A DNA stretch of 64,000 nt from Syntrophomonadaceae bacterium (GTDB lineage: Bacteria > Bacillota > Dethiobacteria > DTU022 > UBA8154): contig PWTK01000105.1 of NCBI GenBank assembly GCA_003563895.1, forward strand, positions 15,129 through 79,128, given 5' to 3'. Positions 10,858-20,871 of this stretch are shown in pieces. The notes under the pieces are model-generated. The model saw only the letters and a program-made list of their open reading frames with translations, was not told the origin of the DNA and ran no database searches. The translations under genes were made by a program, and so were the position numbers. Position 1 is the stretch's first letter. Each line of letters opens with the position of its first letter.

Positions 10858-11337
10858 TTACCTGAACAGGTATCCCCTGCGCCGGGTGATGGTCAAATCG
10901 CTCAACCACAAGACGGCAGCCAGCGCCAAAAACTTAAAAACCAATCCCTGAGAAGTGGACCAGCCGGTATATATGATCAAACCCCTTCCCACCGCATACC
11001 ACTCTGCAAATGACAGGATGAAACTGAACAGGAGCAGATAAAAGAATTTCCATACCTTGCTTTCGGGTAGATAGTGGAAGAGAAGTATGCCGATTGCGGC
11101 CATTGCAACCAGATACCCCAGGGGAATTCCCTCCACGGGATAAAACATCCCCTCAAAGCGGTACATTTCCCCGGCCGTAAAAGTCCAGTTGTAATAAAAG
11201 CCAATAAGAACGGCCCACAGCGCGGCGCTCCACAACCGCTTAATTCCCCTCAGCCTGACCAGTATCCCTGTTAGCAGCCATACTGCAGCGGCAAAGATCA
11301 TCCAGGGCAATAAAAACCCTCCCATCTCATTATTCAA
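10858..11337 (-). CDS. Hypothetical multi-pass membrane protein
   Basis: About five hydrophobic segments; tightly packed in the operon. Confidence 0.75.
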   Translation of the reverse strand: MNNEMGGFLLPWMIFAAAVWLLTGILVRLRGIKRLWSAALWAVLIGFYYNWTFTAGEMYRFEGMFYPVEGIPLGYLVAMAAIGILLFHYLPESKVWKFFYLLLFSFILSFAEWYAVGRGLIIYTGWSTSQGLVFKFLALAAVLWLSDLTITRRRGYLFR

Positions 11338-11355
11338 AGCGCTGTTCAGTACATC

Positions 11356-13017
11356 TCAAAGCCTCCCCGATCGCAGGATGGCCCACAGCCACCAAAAACC
11401 CATCATGGCGGCGATGATGAACCCGATCTCGGCGATAGGAAAGCGTATAAACAGGGGAGCTTCGACAAATTGCAAGATCAAACACAGGCCCACGATTAAA
11501 CTGGCCAGCACAATGCTAAAGGAAATGCGGTTGACCATATTGTTTAACCGGTGCAAGACGTGATTCAATTCGGATACTTCTACCCGAAACTTTAGTTTGC
11601 CGTCAGCGCTTTTCTCCAGGAAAGAGACCATGCGATCAGGAAAGATTTCCAGCAGCCGTGCGTAGCGTGAAACGTTTCGGGTCAGTTGAGAGGAAATCTT
11701 TTTGACAGAAATCTCGCTGCGCAAAAGGTCTTTTTTTAGCGGTTCCAGCAGTTCGGCGATGCTGAAATCGGGTTCCAGTTCTGAGATCAGCCCCTCCAGC
11801 GTGAGAAAAGTCTTTGCCAGCAGGGTAAACTCGGGGGGCAGGATCACCTTCTGCTTAAATGAGATCTCTATTAACTCGTGCAGCGCATGCCCAAAGTTCA
11901 CGTCTTTTAAAGGGATTTCAAAATATTTTTCCTGAAGCCGCTCCAGGTCCCAGCGCAGGTGGCGTTCATCCGTATCTTCGGTAATAACGCCCAGCTTCAT
12001 AATGGCGTGCAGGACCTGCTCAATATCCCTGGAAAAAAACCCTAATACCAGCCGGTTGAAGCTGCTCCGCTGGTCTTCGTTGATGGAGCCGGCTATTCCG
12101 AAGTCCAGTAAATATAAGGTGCCGTCATCGGTCACGCCAATATTGCCCGGATGGGGATCGCCGTGGAAAAAACCGCTCACAAATATCTGCTTCAGATAAG
12201 CCCGGGTAAGCTTTTCCACCAGCTCTCGAGTGGAATGCCCTTTTTCCCGCAGTTTCTCCGGTTCATTCAGCGTGATGCCGTCCACATGTTCCAGGGTAAG
12301 AACCTTCTGCGTGGTATAGCTCCAGTAAACGGCGGGTATATAAACATAATCTTCATCGGCCAGGCTTTTTTGCAGGCGCTCAGCATTCCTTCCCTCGTGG
12401 TGAAAGTTCAGCTCTTGAAAGATAATTAACTTGAATTCTTCCACGATATCCTTGAATCGGTACATTTTCCCGATGGTTGTATAGCGATCCACGATGGAAG
12501 CGATTTCTTCCAATATGGCGACATCCTGTTCTATGGTCTTGCGGATCCCCGGCCTCTGCACTTTGACAACCACTTTTTCGCCTTCTGTCAGCAGGGCTTC
12601 GTGAACCTGGCCGATGGAAGCGGCCGCCATAGGTGTTTCCGTGATGCTTTCAAAAAGAAACTCCGGGTCATAATGCAGCTCGTTTTTGATGGTTTTTTTT
12701 GCCTCCGCGAAGGAAAAGGGAGGCACCTGGTCCTGGAGGCGCCGCAGTTCTTTAACATAGGCGGGAGGCAGGACATCGGCACGGGTACTTAAGAGCTGTC
12801 CAAATTTAATGAAGGTTGGACCCAACTCTTCAAGGACCATTCTCAGCCGCACGGGCTTGGAGAGCTCCTCTGCCCCTTTCTTCTCCCTGCGCGGGGCCAG
12901 TCGAATGTGCTCAAAAAATTCTTCGATCCTAAAGTCGTGGATGATCTGCCCGAAACCGTGTCGGACCAGTGTGTTTATAATTTTCTGAAACCTCTTAAAA
13001 CGTTTCCTTCTCTCCAA
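11356..13017 (-). CDS. AarF/ABC1/UbiB-family atypical kinase
   Basis: LGPTFIKFGQ, AAASIGQVH, VKVQRP, HGDPHPGN, LDFG; C-terminal TM helices. Confidence 0.93.
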   Translation of the reverse strand: MERRKRFKRFQKIINTLVRHGFGQIIHDFRIEEFFEHIRLAPRREKKGAEELSKPVRLRMVLEELGPTFIKFGQLLSTRADVLPPAYVKELRRLQDQVPPFSFAEAKKTIKNELHYDPEFLFESITETPMAAASIGQVHEALLTEGEKVVVKVQRPGIRKTIEQDVAILEEIASIVDRYTTIGKMYRFKDIVEEFKLIIFQELNFHHEGRNAERLQKSLADEDYVYIPAVYWSYTTQKVLTLEHVDGITLNEPEKLREKGHSTRELVEKLTRAYLKQIFVSGFFHGDPHPGNIGVTDDGTLYLLDFGIAGSINEDQRSSFNRLVLGFFSRDIEQVLHAIMKLGVITEDTDERHLRWDLERLQEKYFEIPLKDVNFGHALHELIEISFKQKVILPPEFTLLAKTFLTLEGLISELEPDFSIAELLEPLKKDLLRSEISVKKISSQLTRNVSRYARLLEIFPDRMVSFLEKSADGKLKFRVEVSELNHVLHRLNNMVNRISFSIVLASLIVGLCLILQFVEAPLFIRFPIAEIGFIIAAMMGFWWLWAILRSGRL

Positions 13018-13046
13018 GCTCCCATCACCGCCGCATAAAAATCAAT

Positions 13047-13199
13047 CAGACTATCGGGTTCGCTCAGGATGACAATGAAAGAAGCCCCGCAAAAAAGAGG
13101 TTTTAAAAGGTCACACTTACAAAAAGGCCTTGATCTGCTAAAAAGTTGTATTTTGGGGGCCACTCAACAAGAATTCCCTGAGTTAAGTTGATAATCATG
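13047..13199 (+). mobile_element. MITE-like element family A, copy 1
   Basis: 153 bp CAGACTATCGGG...GTTGATAATCATG, flanked on both sides by AAAATCAAT. Confidence 0.85.
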
Positions 13200-13264
13200 A
13201 AAATCAATGCTTAAAACAAAACCTGTGTCCGTATACCTGACCGTACACAGGTTTTCATTTGTGC

Positions 13265-13588
13265 CTACTGCTCGCTTTCCTCTTTGCTTTTTTCTTCTTG
13301 AGGCTGCTGGATTTTTTGTTCGAGGATTTCTACCCGCTGCTGTAAATCGTTAAATTCGCTGCGGGTGACCAGTTTTTCACGCTGCAGCGCTTCGTTAATT
13401 TTTTGGCTCAGGTGTTCTTTGAAAAAGGCTTTTTCCCTTTCGCCTCTTTCGGACAGGGTTTTTAGGAGTTTATTCACTTCATCCCTCCTAAGCTCTCCCC
13501 TTCGGTAAAGGTGTTCCAGGGTTTTTTCCGCCGTTTCCCGGGTTAGAGAAGCGGCCCCCCATCCGAGGGAAACCAGTTGGTCAAACAT
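13265..13588 (-). CDS. Phasin-like / PHA-granule-associated family protein
   Basis: LG.GAASLTRE.AEK...RGEL pattern and C-terminal coiled coil; typical upstream partner of AarF kinases. Confidence 0.7.
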   Translation of the reverse strand: MFDQLVSLGWGAASLTRETAEKTLEHLYRRGELRRDEVNKLLKTLSERGEREKAFFKEHLSQKINEALQREKLVTRSEFNDLQQRVEILEQKIQQPQEEKSKEESEQ

Positions 13589-13656
13589 AAAATCACCTCG
13601 CCATTTGTATGAGTATCTTTTGGCCCTGCTGACATGCCTCCCCGTCTTTTACGCTT

Positions 13657-14157
13657 TCAATCAAACTTAAAATCCCCGTGTTTTTGAAAATGCTTTATCA
13701 GCCCGCCGTCAGCAAGAATGCGGATCATAGAGGGAGGCAGGGGTTTAACCGGTATTTCAAGACCGCGCCCCCGGTTGAAAACGAGCCCTTCGGCCAGATC
13801 CACTTCCAGTTCATCTCCCTCTTCAATCTGAGAAGTGTCGCATTCTACCACAGGAAGCCCCGTGTTGATGGCGTTGCGGTAAAAAATGCGCGCGAAGGAA
13901 GTAGCGATCACACAGCTGATGCCGGCATGTTTTATGGCCAGCGGTGCCTGTTCCCTGGAAGAACCGCATCCAAAGTTGGTGCCGGCCACAATCATATCCC
14001 CTTCACTGATTTTATTGTAAAAATCGGGGTCGAGATCTTCCATCACGTGGCGGGCCAGTTCATTCATGTCCAGGGTTTTAAACTTGTATTTGCCGGAAAT
14101 GATATAATCGGTGTTTACATCATTGCCAAACTTAAAGCTTTTTCCGCTTAGCAGCAT
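13657..14157 (-). CDS. LeuD/HacB-type dehydratase small subunit
   Basis: DVNTDYII, NFGCGSSREQA, SFARIFYRNAIN.GL. Confidence 0.92.
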   Translation of the reverse strand: MLLSGKSFKFGNDVNTDYIISGKYKFKTLDMNELARHVMEDLDPDFYNKISEGDMIVAGTNFGCGSSREQAPLAIKHAGISCVIATSFARIFYRNAINTGLPVVECDTSQIEEGDELEVDLAEGLVFNRGRGLEIPVKPLPPSMIRILADGGLIKHFQKHGDFKFD

Positions 14158-14171
14158 CGGAACGGCCTCCT

Positions 14172-15431
14172 CTATTTTTGCAAATAAGAACGGGGATCGG
14201 TTATTTTGCCGGTTAAGGCTGAAGCAGCCACGGTTGCCGGTGAGGCCAGGTAGATGAACGCCCTGGAGTTGCCCATCCTGCCTTTGAAATTACGGTTTGC
14301 CGTGGAGATCACATGCTCTCCGTCGGAGGGAACACCATTATGGGTGCCCACACAGGGGCCGCAGCCCGGCGTGACAAAGGCGGCGCCTGCCTCCACCAGC
14401 GTTTGAAGACTCCCGTCTTTCATCGCTTCCAGGTAAACCTCCCTGGATGCGGGCGCCACGATGAGGCGGACGCTGGGGGATACCTTCTGCCCCTTTAAAA
14501 TATTGGCCGCCGTGCGGAGGTCGGAGATTCTACCGTTGGTGCAGGTGCCGATAAATGCTTGCTGGATTTCCTGACCTTCCACATCTTTGACCGGGGAAAC
14601 GTTGTCAACCGTGTGCGGCAGGGCTACCCGGGGCTCCAGCCGGCTCACATCATACTGCCTCACTTCCTCGTAACCGGCGTCCGGATCGGGAAATACAGGG
14701 TTGGCAGGCCTTGTGGAATGGCTTTTTACCCACTTTTCCACTTTTTCGTCGTATTCCATCAAACCGGCCTTGGCGCCCATTTCAATCGCCATGTTGCTGA
14801 TGGTGAAGCGTTCTTCCACCTCCAGCGCTTTCACCGCATCTCCGCTGAATTCCGCGGAGAGGTAGGTCGCACCGTCGGCGGTCATCTCCCCGATCAAAAA
14901 CAGGATCAGATCCTTGGAAAATACCCCTTCGGGAAGCACACCGCTGCAGATGAATTTGATCGAGTCCGGCACTTTAAACCAGAGCTTTCCGGAAATCATG
15001 GCTGCGGCCAGATCCGTGGAACCGACTCCCGTAGAAAAAGCGTTAATGGCCCCATACGTACACGTGTGGGAATCTGCACCGACCACCAGGTCACCCGGCA
15101 CGACATGTCCCTGCTCTGGAACCAGCTGGTGGCACACACCACAGCCGATATCGTAGAGCAGGATCTTCTTTTCGGATGCGAATTCCCGCATCAATCGATG
15201 CAGGGAAGAAACCCCTTCGTTGGGGCTGGGAGCGCTGTGGTCGATCACAAAAGCCACTCGGGAGGGGTCAAAAACCCCTCTCCCCCCCATTTCGTGAAAG
15301 GAATTAATTGCCAGGGGCGCAGTTCCGTCCTGTCCCATCACAAAGTCCAGTTGAGCGACTACCAGGTCCCCCGCATGCACGTCTTCCCCCGCATGGAGGC
15401 TAAAAATCTTTTCGGCTATCGTTTTTCCCAT
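14172..15431 (-). CDS. LeuC/HacA-type dehydratase large subunit (aconitase family)
   Basis: GADSHTCTYGA, GTCTNGR, PGCGPC.G, STANRNFKGRMG. Confidence 0.93.
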   Translation of the reverse strand: MGKTIAEKIFSLHAGEDVHAGDLVVAQLDFVMGQDGTAPLAINSFHEMGGRGVFDPSRVAFVIDHSAPSPNEGVSSLHRLMREFASEKKILLYDIGCGVCHQLVPEQGHVVPGDLVVGADSHTCTYGAINAFSTGVGSTDLAAAMISGKLWFKVPDSIKFICSGVLPEGVFSKDLILFLIGEMTADGATYLSAEFSGDAVKALEVEERFTISNMAIEMGAKAGLMEYDEKVEKWVKSHSTRPANPVFPDPDAGYEEVRQYDVSRLEPRVALPHTVDNVSPVKDVEGQEIQQAFIGTCTNGRISDLRTAANILKGQKVSPSVRLIVAPASREVYLEAMKDGSLQTLVEAGAAFVTPGCGPCVGTHNGVPSDGEHVISTANRNFKGRMGNSRAFIYLASPATVAASALTGKITDPRSYLQK

Positions 15432-15509
15432 GGCTGATTATTCCCCTTTCCCTTTTCGGCAAGTCCGCAAATTTGTGCTTTTAAGCCTCCTGCTTTTTAA
15501 TCCCCGCCC

Positions 15510-16703
15510 TTACTGTTCCGTGCTCACTGTGCTGTAATCGATACCTTTTTCGTACTTTTTATGCATGTAGTCTTCGTAGATGTAGATGAGCTCCTTGTCG
15601 AAAAGGGGCCGCTTCATTTCCACCGTGGTGCGGCGGACCATGGGCAGCATCTCCGTGGCTTCATCACTGGAAAGGCTGATGCCGAATTCCTTGAACTTTA
15701 AGATGAGCGCCTTGGAACCGGAATGTTTGCCGATGACTATTTGCCTTTCCAGGCCTACATCTTCCGGGCTGAAAACCTCGTAGGTGCCGGGATACTGAAT
15801 CACTCCGGCGGCATGGATTCCTGACTCGTGGCGGAACATATTGTCTCCCACGATGGGCTTGCCGGGAGGCAGGATCCGTCCGGATGCGCGGGCTACATAC
15901 TCGGAAATTTCACGGAACAACTTGGTATCGATATCCTGGTCTTTGTTAAAAAGGAATTTCAGCGCCATGGCCACTTCTTCCAGGGCCGCATTACCGGCCC
16001 TTTCGCCCAGCCCGTTAATGGTACATCCGACGTAGCGCGCTCCCGCCTTTATGCCGGCCAGGGAGTTGGCCGTGGCCATCCCGAAATCGTTGTGGGTATG
16101 CATTTCAACATCCACACCGGTATCTTCGATCAGGCCGGAAATGATTTCGAAGGTCATGAACGGTTCCAGCACGCCAACGGTGTCACAGTAACGCAGCCTG
16201 TCCGCACCGGCTTCCTTGGCGGCGCGGGCAAACTTGACCAGGAAATCGTAATCCGTTCTCGAGGCGTCTTCGGCATTGACAGAAATATAAACCCCGTGTT
16301 TTTTGGCATATTCCGTGGCCTTGACCATTTTTTCCAATACTTCCTCCCGGGAGCTCTGCAGCTTATACTGGATGTGTATGTCGGAAGTGGAAATGGAAAT
16401 GGCTACCGCATCGACGCCGCAGTCCAACGAGTGGTTGATATCCTCAATATTGGCCCGGTTCCAGGCCATCAGGCTGATGCTCAGGCCCTGCGCAGCAATT
16501 TTTTTCAGCACGGCTTTTTCATTGCCGCCCATGACCGGAATCCCCACCTCTGCCTGATGGATGCCAATTTCATCCAGCATGCGGGCAATACGGATTTTTT
16601 CCTGGTTGGAAAAGACAACCCCCGCAGTCTGTTCGCCGTCCCTCAGGGTGGTGTCCACCAAAATTATATCTCCTCTTTCCAGAGCTGTGGTCATTCTGTC
16701 CAT
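15510..16703 (-). CDS. Homocitrate synthase NifV-like / Re-citrate synthase family enzyme
   Basis: DTTLRDGEQTAGV, HTHNDFGMATAN, GLGERAGN, HESGIH, GKHSG; lacks the LeuA regulatory domain; start ATG 16703 chosen. Confidence 0.88.
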   Translation of the reverse strand: MDRMTTALERGDIILVDTTLRDGEQTAGVVFSNQEKIRIARMLDEIGIHQAEVGIPVMGGNEKAVLKKIAAQGLSISLMAWNRANIEDINHSLDCGVDAVAISISTSDIHIQYKLQSSREEVLEKMVKATEYAKKHGVYISVNAEDASRTDYDFLVKFARAAKEAGADRLRYCDTVGVLEPFMTFEIISGLIEDTGVDVEMHTHNDFGMATANSLAGIKAGARYVGCTINGLGERAGNAALEEVAMALKFLFNKDQDIDTKLFREISEYVARASGRILPPGKPIVGDNMFRHESGIHAAGVIQYPGTYEVFSPEDVGLERQIVIGKHSGSKALILKFKEFGISLSSDEATEMLPMVRRTTVEMKRPLFDKELIYIYEDYMHKKYEKGIDYSTVSTEQ

Positions 16704-16918
16704 GGCAATCCCCTGTAAAAGGGGCACCTCCCTTCCAAAACCATCGAAAATGTTGTTATCGACCAATACGGATGAGCACTAATGGGTAGAAGATGACACA
16801 ACCGCCTCCCCGAGCCAGGGCCCTCGGTTGATTCAAGCCCCTGCCAGGAAACCGTTCCAGGGTTAAACGTGCCTTTCATAAAGCCTCAACAGGGACGGCT
16901 TTCTTTTGTGAGGCCGCC

Positions 16919-18169
16919 TCACCTCACCTGCCCCTCCCCAAACACGACAAATTTCTTGCTGGTAAGCGCTTGCAGCCCCATGGGGCCCCTGGCGTGAAGT
17001 TTTTGGGTGCTGATGCCCATTTCGGCCCCCAAGCCGAACTCGAACCCGTCGGTAAAACGGGTCGAAGCGTTTACATAAACCGCCGCGGCATCAACTTTTG
17101 ACAAAAAGGCCAGCGCCCTCGAGTAATCAGTCGTAATAATTGCCTCAGAATGACCCGTGCCGTAGGCATTGATGTGGCCCACCGCTTCTTCAAACGAGTC
17201 CACTACCTTAACAGCAAGGATCATATCCAGGTACTCCGTCCCCCAGTCCTCTTCCACAGCCTCTTTTATTCCCGGGTAATGCTGGCGCGTGCGCTCGCAG
17301 CCGCGTACCTCCACCCCTTTACCCGTCAGAACTTCCAGCGAAGCAGGGAGAAAGGCCGGTGCGATTTCCCGGTGTACCAGCAGCGTTTCCATGGCATTGC
17401 ACACCCCGGGGCGCTGTGTCTTTGCGTTGTCGGCAATTTTCACCGCCATTTCAATGTCGGCCCCTGCGTCGATATAAGTGTGGCAGTTGCCTTCACCGGT
17501 TTCCAGCACGGGAACGGTGGCATTTTCCACGACCGTTTTAATCAGGGAAGCCCCGCCGCGGGGAATGAGAACGTCTACAAATTCGTTCATCCGCATCAAT
17601 TCCAGCGCGGCATCCCGGCCGGTGTCCTCCACCAGTGTCACCGCATCTTCGGGAAGCCCGCTTTCTCTCAGCCCCCTGCGCAGGATTTTTGCCAGGCAGC
17701 GGTTGGAATTGATGGCCTCGGAGCTGCCGCGTAAAACCACCGCGTTTCCTGATTTCAACGTCAACCCTGCCGCGTCTACCGTAACGTTGGGGCGTGCTTC
17801 GTAGATAATCCCGATCACGCCCAGCGGTACCTGAACCAGCCCGACCTGCAGGCCGTTTGGCCTTTTCCACATGGAAAGCATCTCCCCCACCGGGTCAGGC
17901 AGCGCAGCGATTTCTCTCAACCCCCCGGCCATGTCGGCGATCCTTTCCGGGGTTAGCTGCAGGCGGTCATAAAAAGCTTTGGAATAATCTTTTTTCTGGA
18001 CCAGGCGGTCCAGGTCCACCTTATTGTTTTGGATAATGTCTTCCTCATTTTCAATCAAGAGGCGGGCAACGGCCACCAGGGCCTCATTTTTTAAGGAAGT
18101 GGGGGCTTCAGCCACCTGCGAGCTGGCGTCCTTTGCCTTCCTGGTTAATTCGGCGATTGTCTCCGGCAT
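16919..18169 (-). CDS. proA: Gamma-glutamyl phosphate reductase
   Basis: IIYEARPNVT, GNCH.Y, CNAMETLL, STQKLHARGPMGL. Confidence 0.96.
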   Translation of the reverse strand: MPETIAELTRKAKDASSQVAEAPTSLKNEALVAVARLLIENEEDIIQNNKVDLDRLVQKKDYSKAFYDRLQLTPERIADMAGGLREIAALPDPVGEMLSMWKRPNGLQVGLVQVPLGVIGIIYEARPNVTVDAAGLTLKSGNAVVLRGSSEAINSNRCLAKILRRGLRESGLPEDAVTLVEDTGRDAALELMRMNEFVDVLIPRGGASLIKTVVENATVPVLETGEGNCHTYIDAGADIEMAVKIADNAKTQRPGVCNAMETLLVHREIAPAFLPASLEVLTGKGVEVRGCERTRQHYPGIKEAVEEDWGTEYLDMILAVKVVDSFEEAVGHINAYGTGHSEAIITTDYSRALAFLSKVDAAAVYVNASTRFTDGFEFGLGAEMGISTQKLHARGPMGLQALTSKKFVVFGEGQVR

Positions 18170-18196
18170 ATCAAGCGCTCCTTTCCAGGGTGGAAG

Positions 18197-19321
18197 TTAA
18201 CAGAGTACCAGGTTGTCCCGGTGAACGACCTCTTGGTGATTGCTGTAGCCGAGCAGTTTTCTTATCTCGGAAGATTTACAGCCTTTAATTTGGGAGAGCT
18301 CTTTGGCACTGTAATTGGTTAACCCGCGAGCTATCTCCATGCCTTTGGCATCGCGAATGCTCACCGTTTCACCCCGGGAAAAACTTCCCTTAATATCTAT
18401 GATGCCAATCGGCAGGAGGCTTTTTCCTTCCTGGGTCAGGGCTCGCGCGGCGCCGCTGTCAATTTCAATGGTACCCTTGATCTTCTGTCCAAAGGCGATC
18501 CAGCTCTTGCGGCTGCGCAGGGGGCCCTGACGGGAGCAAAAATAGGTGCCCGTGGGCTCGCCGTCAAGGATTTTTCTGATGATCCCGGGCTGATTGCCAT
18601 TGGCGATAACCATATCCACGCCGGAAGCCATGGCAATTTCTGCAGCTTCAATCTTGGTTGTCATGCCCCCCTTGGCCAGCATTTCCTCGGTTTTACCGGC
18701 AACTTTTCTAATTTCTGGAGTGATCTCGTCCACAAAACCAATACACCTTGCCTCGGGGTCTGTTTTCGGGTTGGCCGTGTAGAGACCGTCAATGTCCGTC
18801 AATACGAGAAGCAGGTCGGCATCGATCAGCGCGGCCACCAGTGCGGACAGCCGGTCGTTGTCGCCAAACTCGATCTCTTCAGTTGAAATTGTGTCGTTTT
18901 CATTCACCACGGGGATTGCATTGAACTTTAACAGGTGCAGCAGCGTATTCCGGGAATTGATGTAGCGGGTCCGATTGTTCATATCTTCCCTGGTCAGGAG
19001 AATTTGAGCAACGGTGTGTCCGTATTCGGCAAACATTTTTTCATAAAACTGGATCAGCAAGCCCTGCCCCACAGCCGCGATAGCCTGCCTTTCCTGGACC
19101 GAAACGGGTTTTCTCTTCAAACCCAGGCGTCCCATGCCGGCTCCCATGGAACCGGAGGAGACCAACACCACGTCTCTGCCCTGGTTTTTCAGGTCAGAGA
19201 TTTCGCGGACCAGCCTTTCCATAATACCGAGGTTTAGCTTGCCCGTCTCATATGTTAAAAGGCGGGTACCCACTTTGATAACAATTTTTTTCACAGTCTG
19301 CAGAGCATCCTCTCTTTTCAC
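18197..19321 (-). CDS. proB: Glutamate 5-kinase with PUA domain
   Basis: IVIKVGT, NENDT, FGDNDRLSA, GGMTTK, HRDNLV. Confidence 0.96.
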   Translation of the reverse strand: MKREDALQTVKKIVIKVGTRLLTYETGKLNLGIMERLVREISDLKNQGRDVVLVSSGSMGAGMGRLGLKRKPVSVQERQAIAAVGQGLLIQFYEKMFAEYGHTVAQILLTREDMNNRTRYINSRNTLLHLLKFNAIPVVNENDTISTEEIEFGDNDRLSALVAALIDADLLLVLTDIDGLYTANPKTDPEARCIGFVDEITPEIRKVAGKTEEMLAKGGMTTKIEAAEIAMASGVDMVIANGNQPGIIRKILDGEPTGTYFCSRQGPLRSRKSWIAFGQKIKGTIEIDSGAARALTQEGKSLLPIGIIDIKGSFSRGETVSIRDAKGMEIARGLTNYSAKELSQIKGCKSSEIRKLLGYSNHQEVVHRDNLVLC

Positions 19322-19383
19322 CGCATCCTACCCTCCACTATTTTTAAAAAAGCCCGCAAAAACCAGGTCTCTTTATTCTAGAA

Positions 19384-19536
19384 TATGATTATCAACTTAA
19401 CTCAGGGAATTCTTGTTGGGCGGCCCCCAAAATACAGCTTTTTAGCAGATCAAGGCCTTTTTGTAAGCGTGACCTTTTAAAACCTCTTTTTTGCAGGGCT
19501 TCTTTCATTGTCATCCTGAGCAAACCCGATAGTCTG
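19384..19536 (-). mobile_element. MITE-like element family A, copy 2
   Basis: Reverse-complement copy flanked by a perfect ATTCTAGAA direct repeat. Confidence 0.85.
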
Positions 19537-19558
19537 ATTCTAGAATGGTAAAGTGCCG

Positions 19559-19722
19559 GGCCTATAGTCATTTCATGTTTGAAGAACCCCAACCCGTCCA
19601 TAGCCAGTGCCATAAAATAAGGATCTCAAAATAACCCCTTCGAAACATGGTAAACATCGGTGCTCACACGACCGCTTTAAAAAGTTTTGCCAAATTTGCA
19701 TAGAGCTTGAGACTAAAGGGTC
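19559..19722 (-). repeat. Dispersed repeat family B, copy 1 (putative MITE)
   Basis: Reverse complement aligns over ~145 bp with 23504-23650; imperfect terminal IR GGGCCTATAGTC / GACTAAAGGGTC. Confidence 0.65.
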
Positions 19723-20519
19723 TAACCACCCAACTCCCTGCCCCTCTGGGCTGCATTTTTAACAGCCTTGATCAGGGCGGCCCTGATGCCGCCTTCTTCC
19801 ATGGCCAGCAGCCCGGCGCTGGTGGTGCCGCCGGGAGAGGTTACCCGGTTTTTTAGCTCAGCGGGATGTTCTTCGCCCTCCAGGTACATGCGGGCGGCCC
19901 CCAGGACGGTTTGGGCGGCCAAAAGCATGGATTCCTGCCGGCTCAAACCGGCCTCAACCCCGCCGTCTGCGAGCGCTTCTATCATCAACAGCACATAGGC
20001 CGGCCCGCTGCCGCTCAAACCGGTAACGGCATCCATATGTTTTTCGTCCAACGTGATGGACCTTCCCACGGCTTCCATTAACCTCTTGATTTCCTGTTCT
20101 TCTTCGTCAGAAACGTCTTCCCCGCTGCTGATCACGCTCATCCCTTCCCCCACCAGGCAGGGAGTATTCGGCATCACCCTTGCAATCTTGAGCGGCCTGC
20201 CCAGCTGCTCCAGAAAAAAAGAAATCCGGATGCCGGCGGCAACAGAAACCAGGACATGGGTGGGCGACAGGCAGGGCTTCAGATCCTCCAGCAGCCCCCC
20301 CACATCCTGGGGTTTGACGGCGATAAATATGATGCGGGCATTTTCACAAAGTTTCTCCAGTGAAGCTGAGGGCACTGCGCCGATTCTTTGGGAGAGCTCT
20401 TCGACTTTGCTTTTTTCCTTGTCAAAAATTAAAACTTGTTCCGCTGTAAAAAGCTTTTTGTTGATAAGCCCTTCAACAATGGCCGTTCCCATCGTACCGC
20501 AGCCGATAAAACCGAGCAA
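19722..20519 (-). CDS. proC: Pyrroline-5-carboxylate reductase
   Basis: GFIGCGTMG, AVKPQ, RVMPNTP, GSGPAY, VTSPGGTT; start at TTG 20519 behind GGAGG. Confidence 0.95.
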   Translation of the reverse strand: MLGFIGCGTMGTAIVEGLINKKLFTAEQVLIFDKEKSKVEELSQRIGAVPSASLEKLCENARIIFIAVKPQDVGGLLEDLKPCLSPTHVLVSVAAGIRISFFLEQLGRPLKIARVMPNTPCLVGEGMSVISSGEDVSDEEEQEIKRLMEAVGRSITLDEKHMDAVTGLSGSGPAYVLLMIEALADGGVEAGLSRQESMLLAAQTVLGAARMYLEGEEHPAELKNRVTSPGGTTSAGLLAMEEGGIRAALIKAVKNAAQRGRELGG

Positions 20520-20719
20520 GCCCCCAACCTCCCTTTGTAATGCATTCTGTTTTGTATAAAAATTATACCTCAACCATCATTCCTTATTTTATTATAAAGG
20601 CCGGCTCAATGCAAGACAGAACTGGGATCGAAGCCGGTGAAGGAAAAATAACGGGCAGGAAGTCGGGCAAAAAGCACTCCCTGTTTCAGATTCATTCCAA
20701 GAAGCGGCAAGATGATTTC

Positions 20720-20748
20720 TTGACAAAGAATGGGCTATCGTTTAAAAT
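20720..20748 (+). promoter_or_regulatory. Sigma-A promoter of tRNA-Trp
   Basis: TTGACA - 17 bp - TAAAAT directly upstream of the tRNA. Confidence 0.8.
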
Positions 20749-20759
20749 TATACTTGCGC

Positions 20760-20835
20760 AGGGGAGTAGCTCAATTGGCAGAGCACCGGTCTCCAAAACC
20801 GGGGGCTGCGGGTTCAAGTCCTGTCTCCCCTGCCA
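20760..20835 (+). tRNA. tRNA-Trp (CCA)
   Basis: Cloverleaf AGGGGAG/CTCCCCT, anticodon arm CCGGT-CTCCAAA-ACCGG, TTCAAGT loop, encoded CCA end. Confidence 0.97.
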
Positions 20836-20844
20836 CACGAACAC

Positions 20845-20871
20845 AGAAGCCGTGGGAAACCACGGCTTTTT
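20845..20871 (+). terminator. Intrinsic terminator after tRNA-Trp
   Basis: AGCCGTGG-GAAA-CCACGGCT followed by a T run. Confidence 0.8.
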
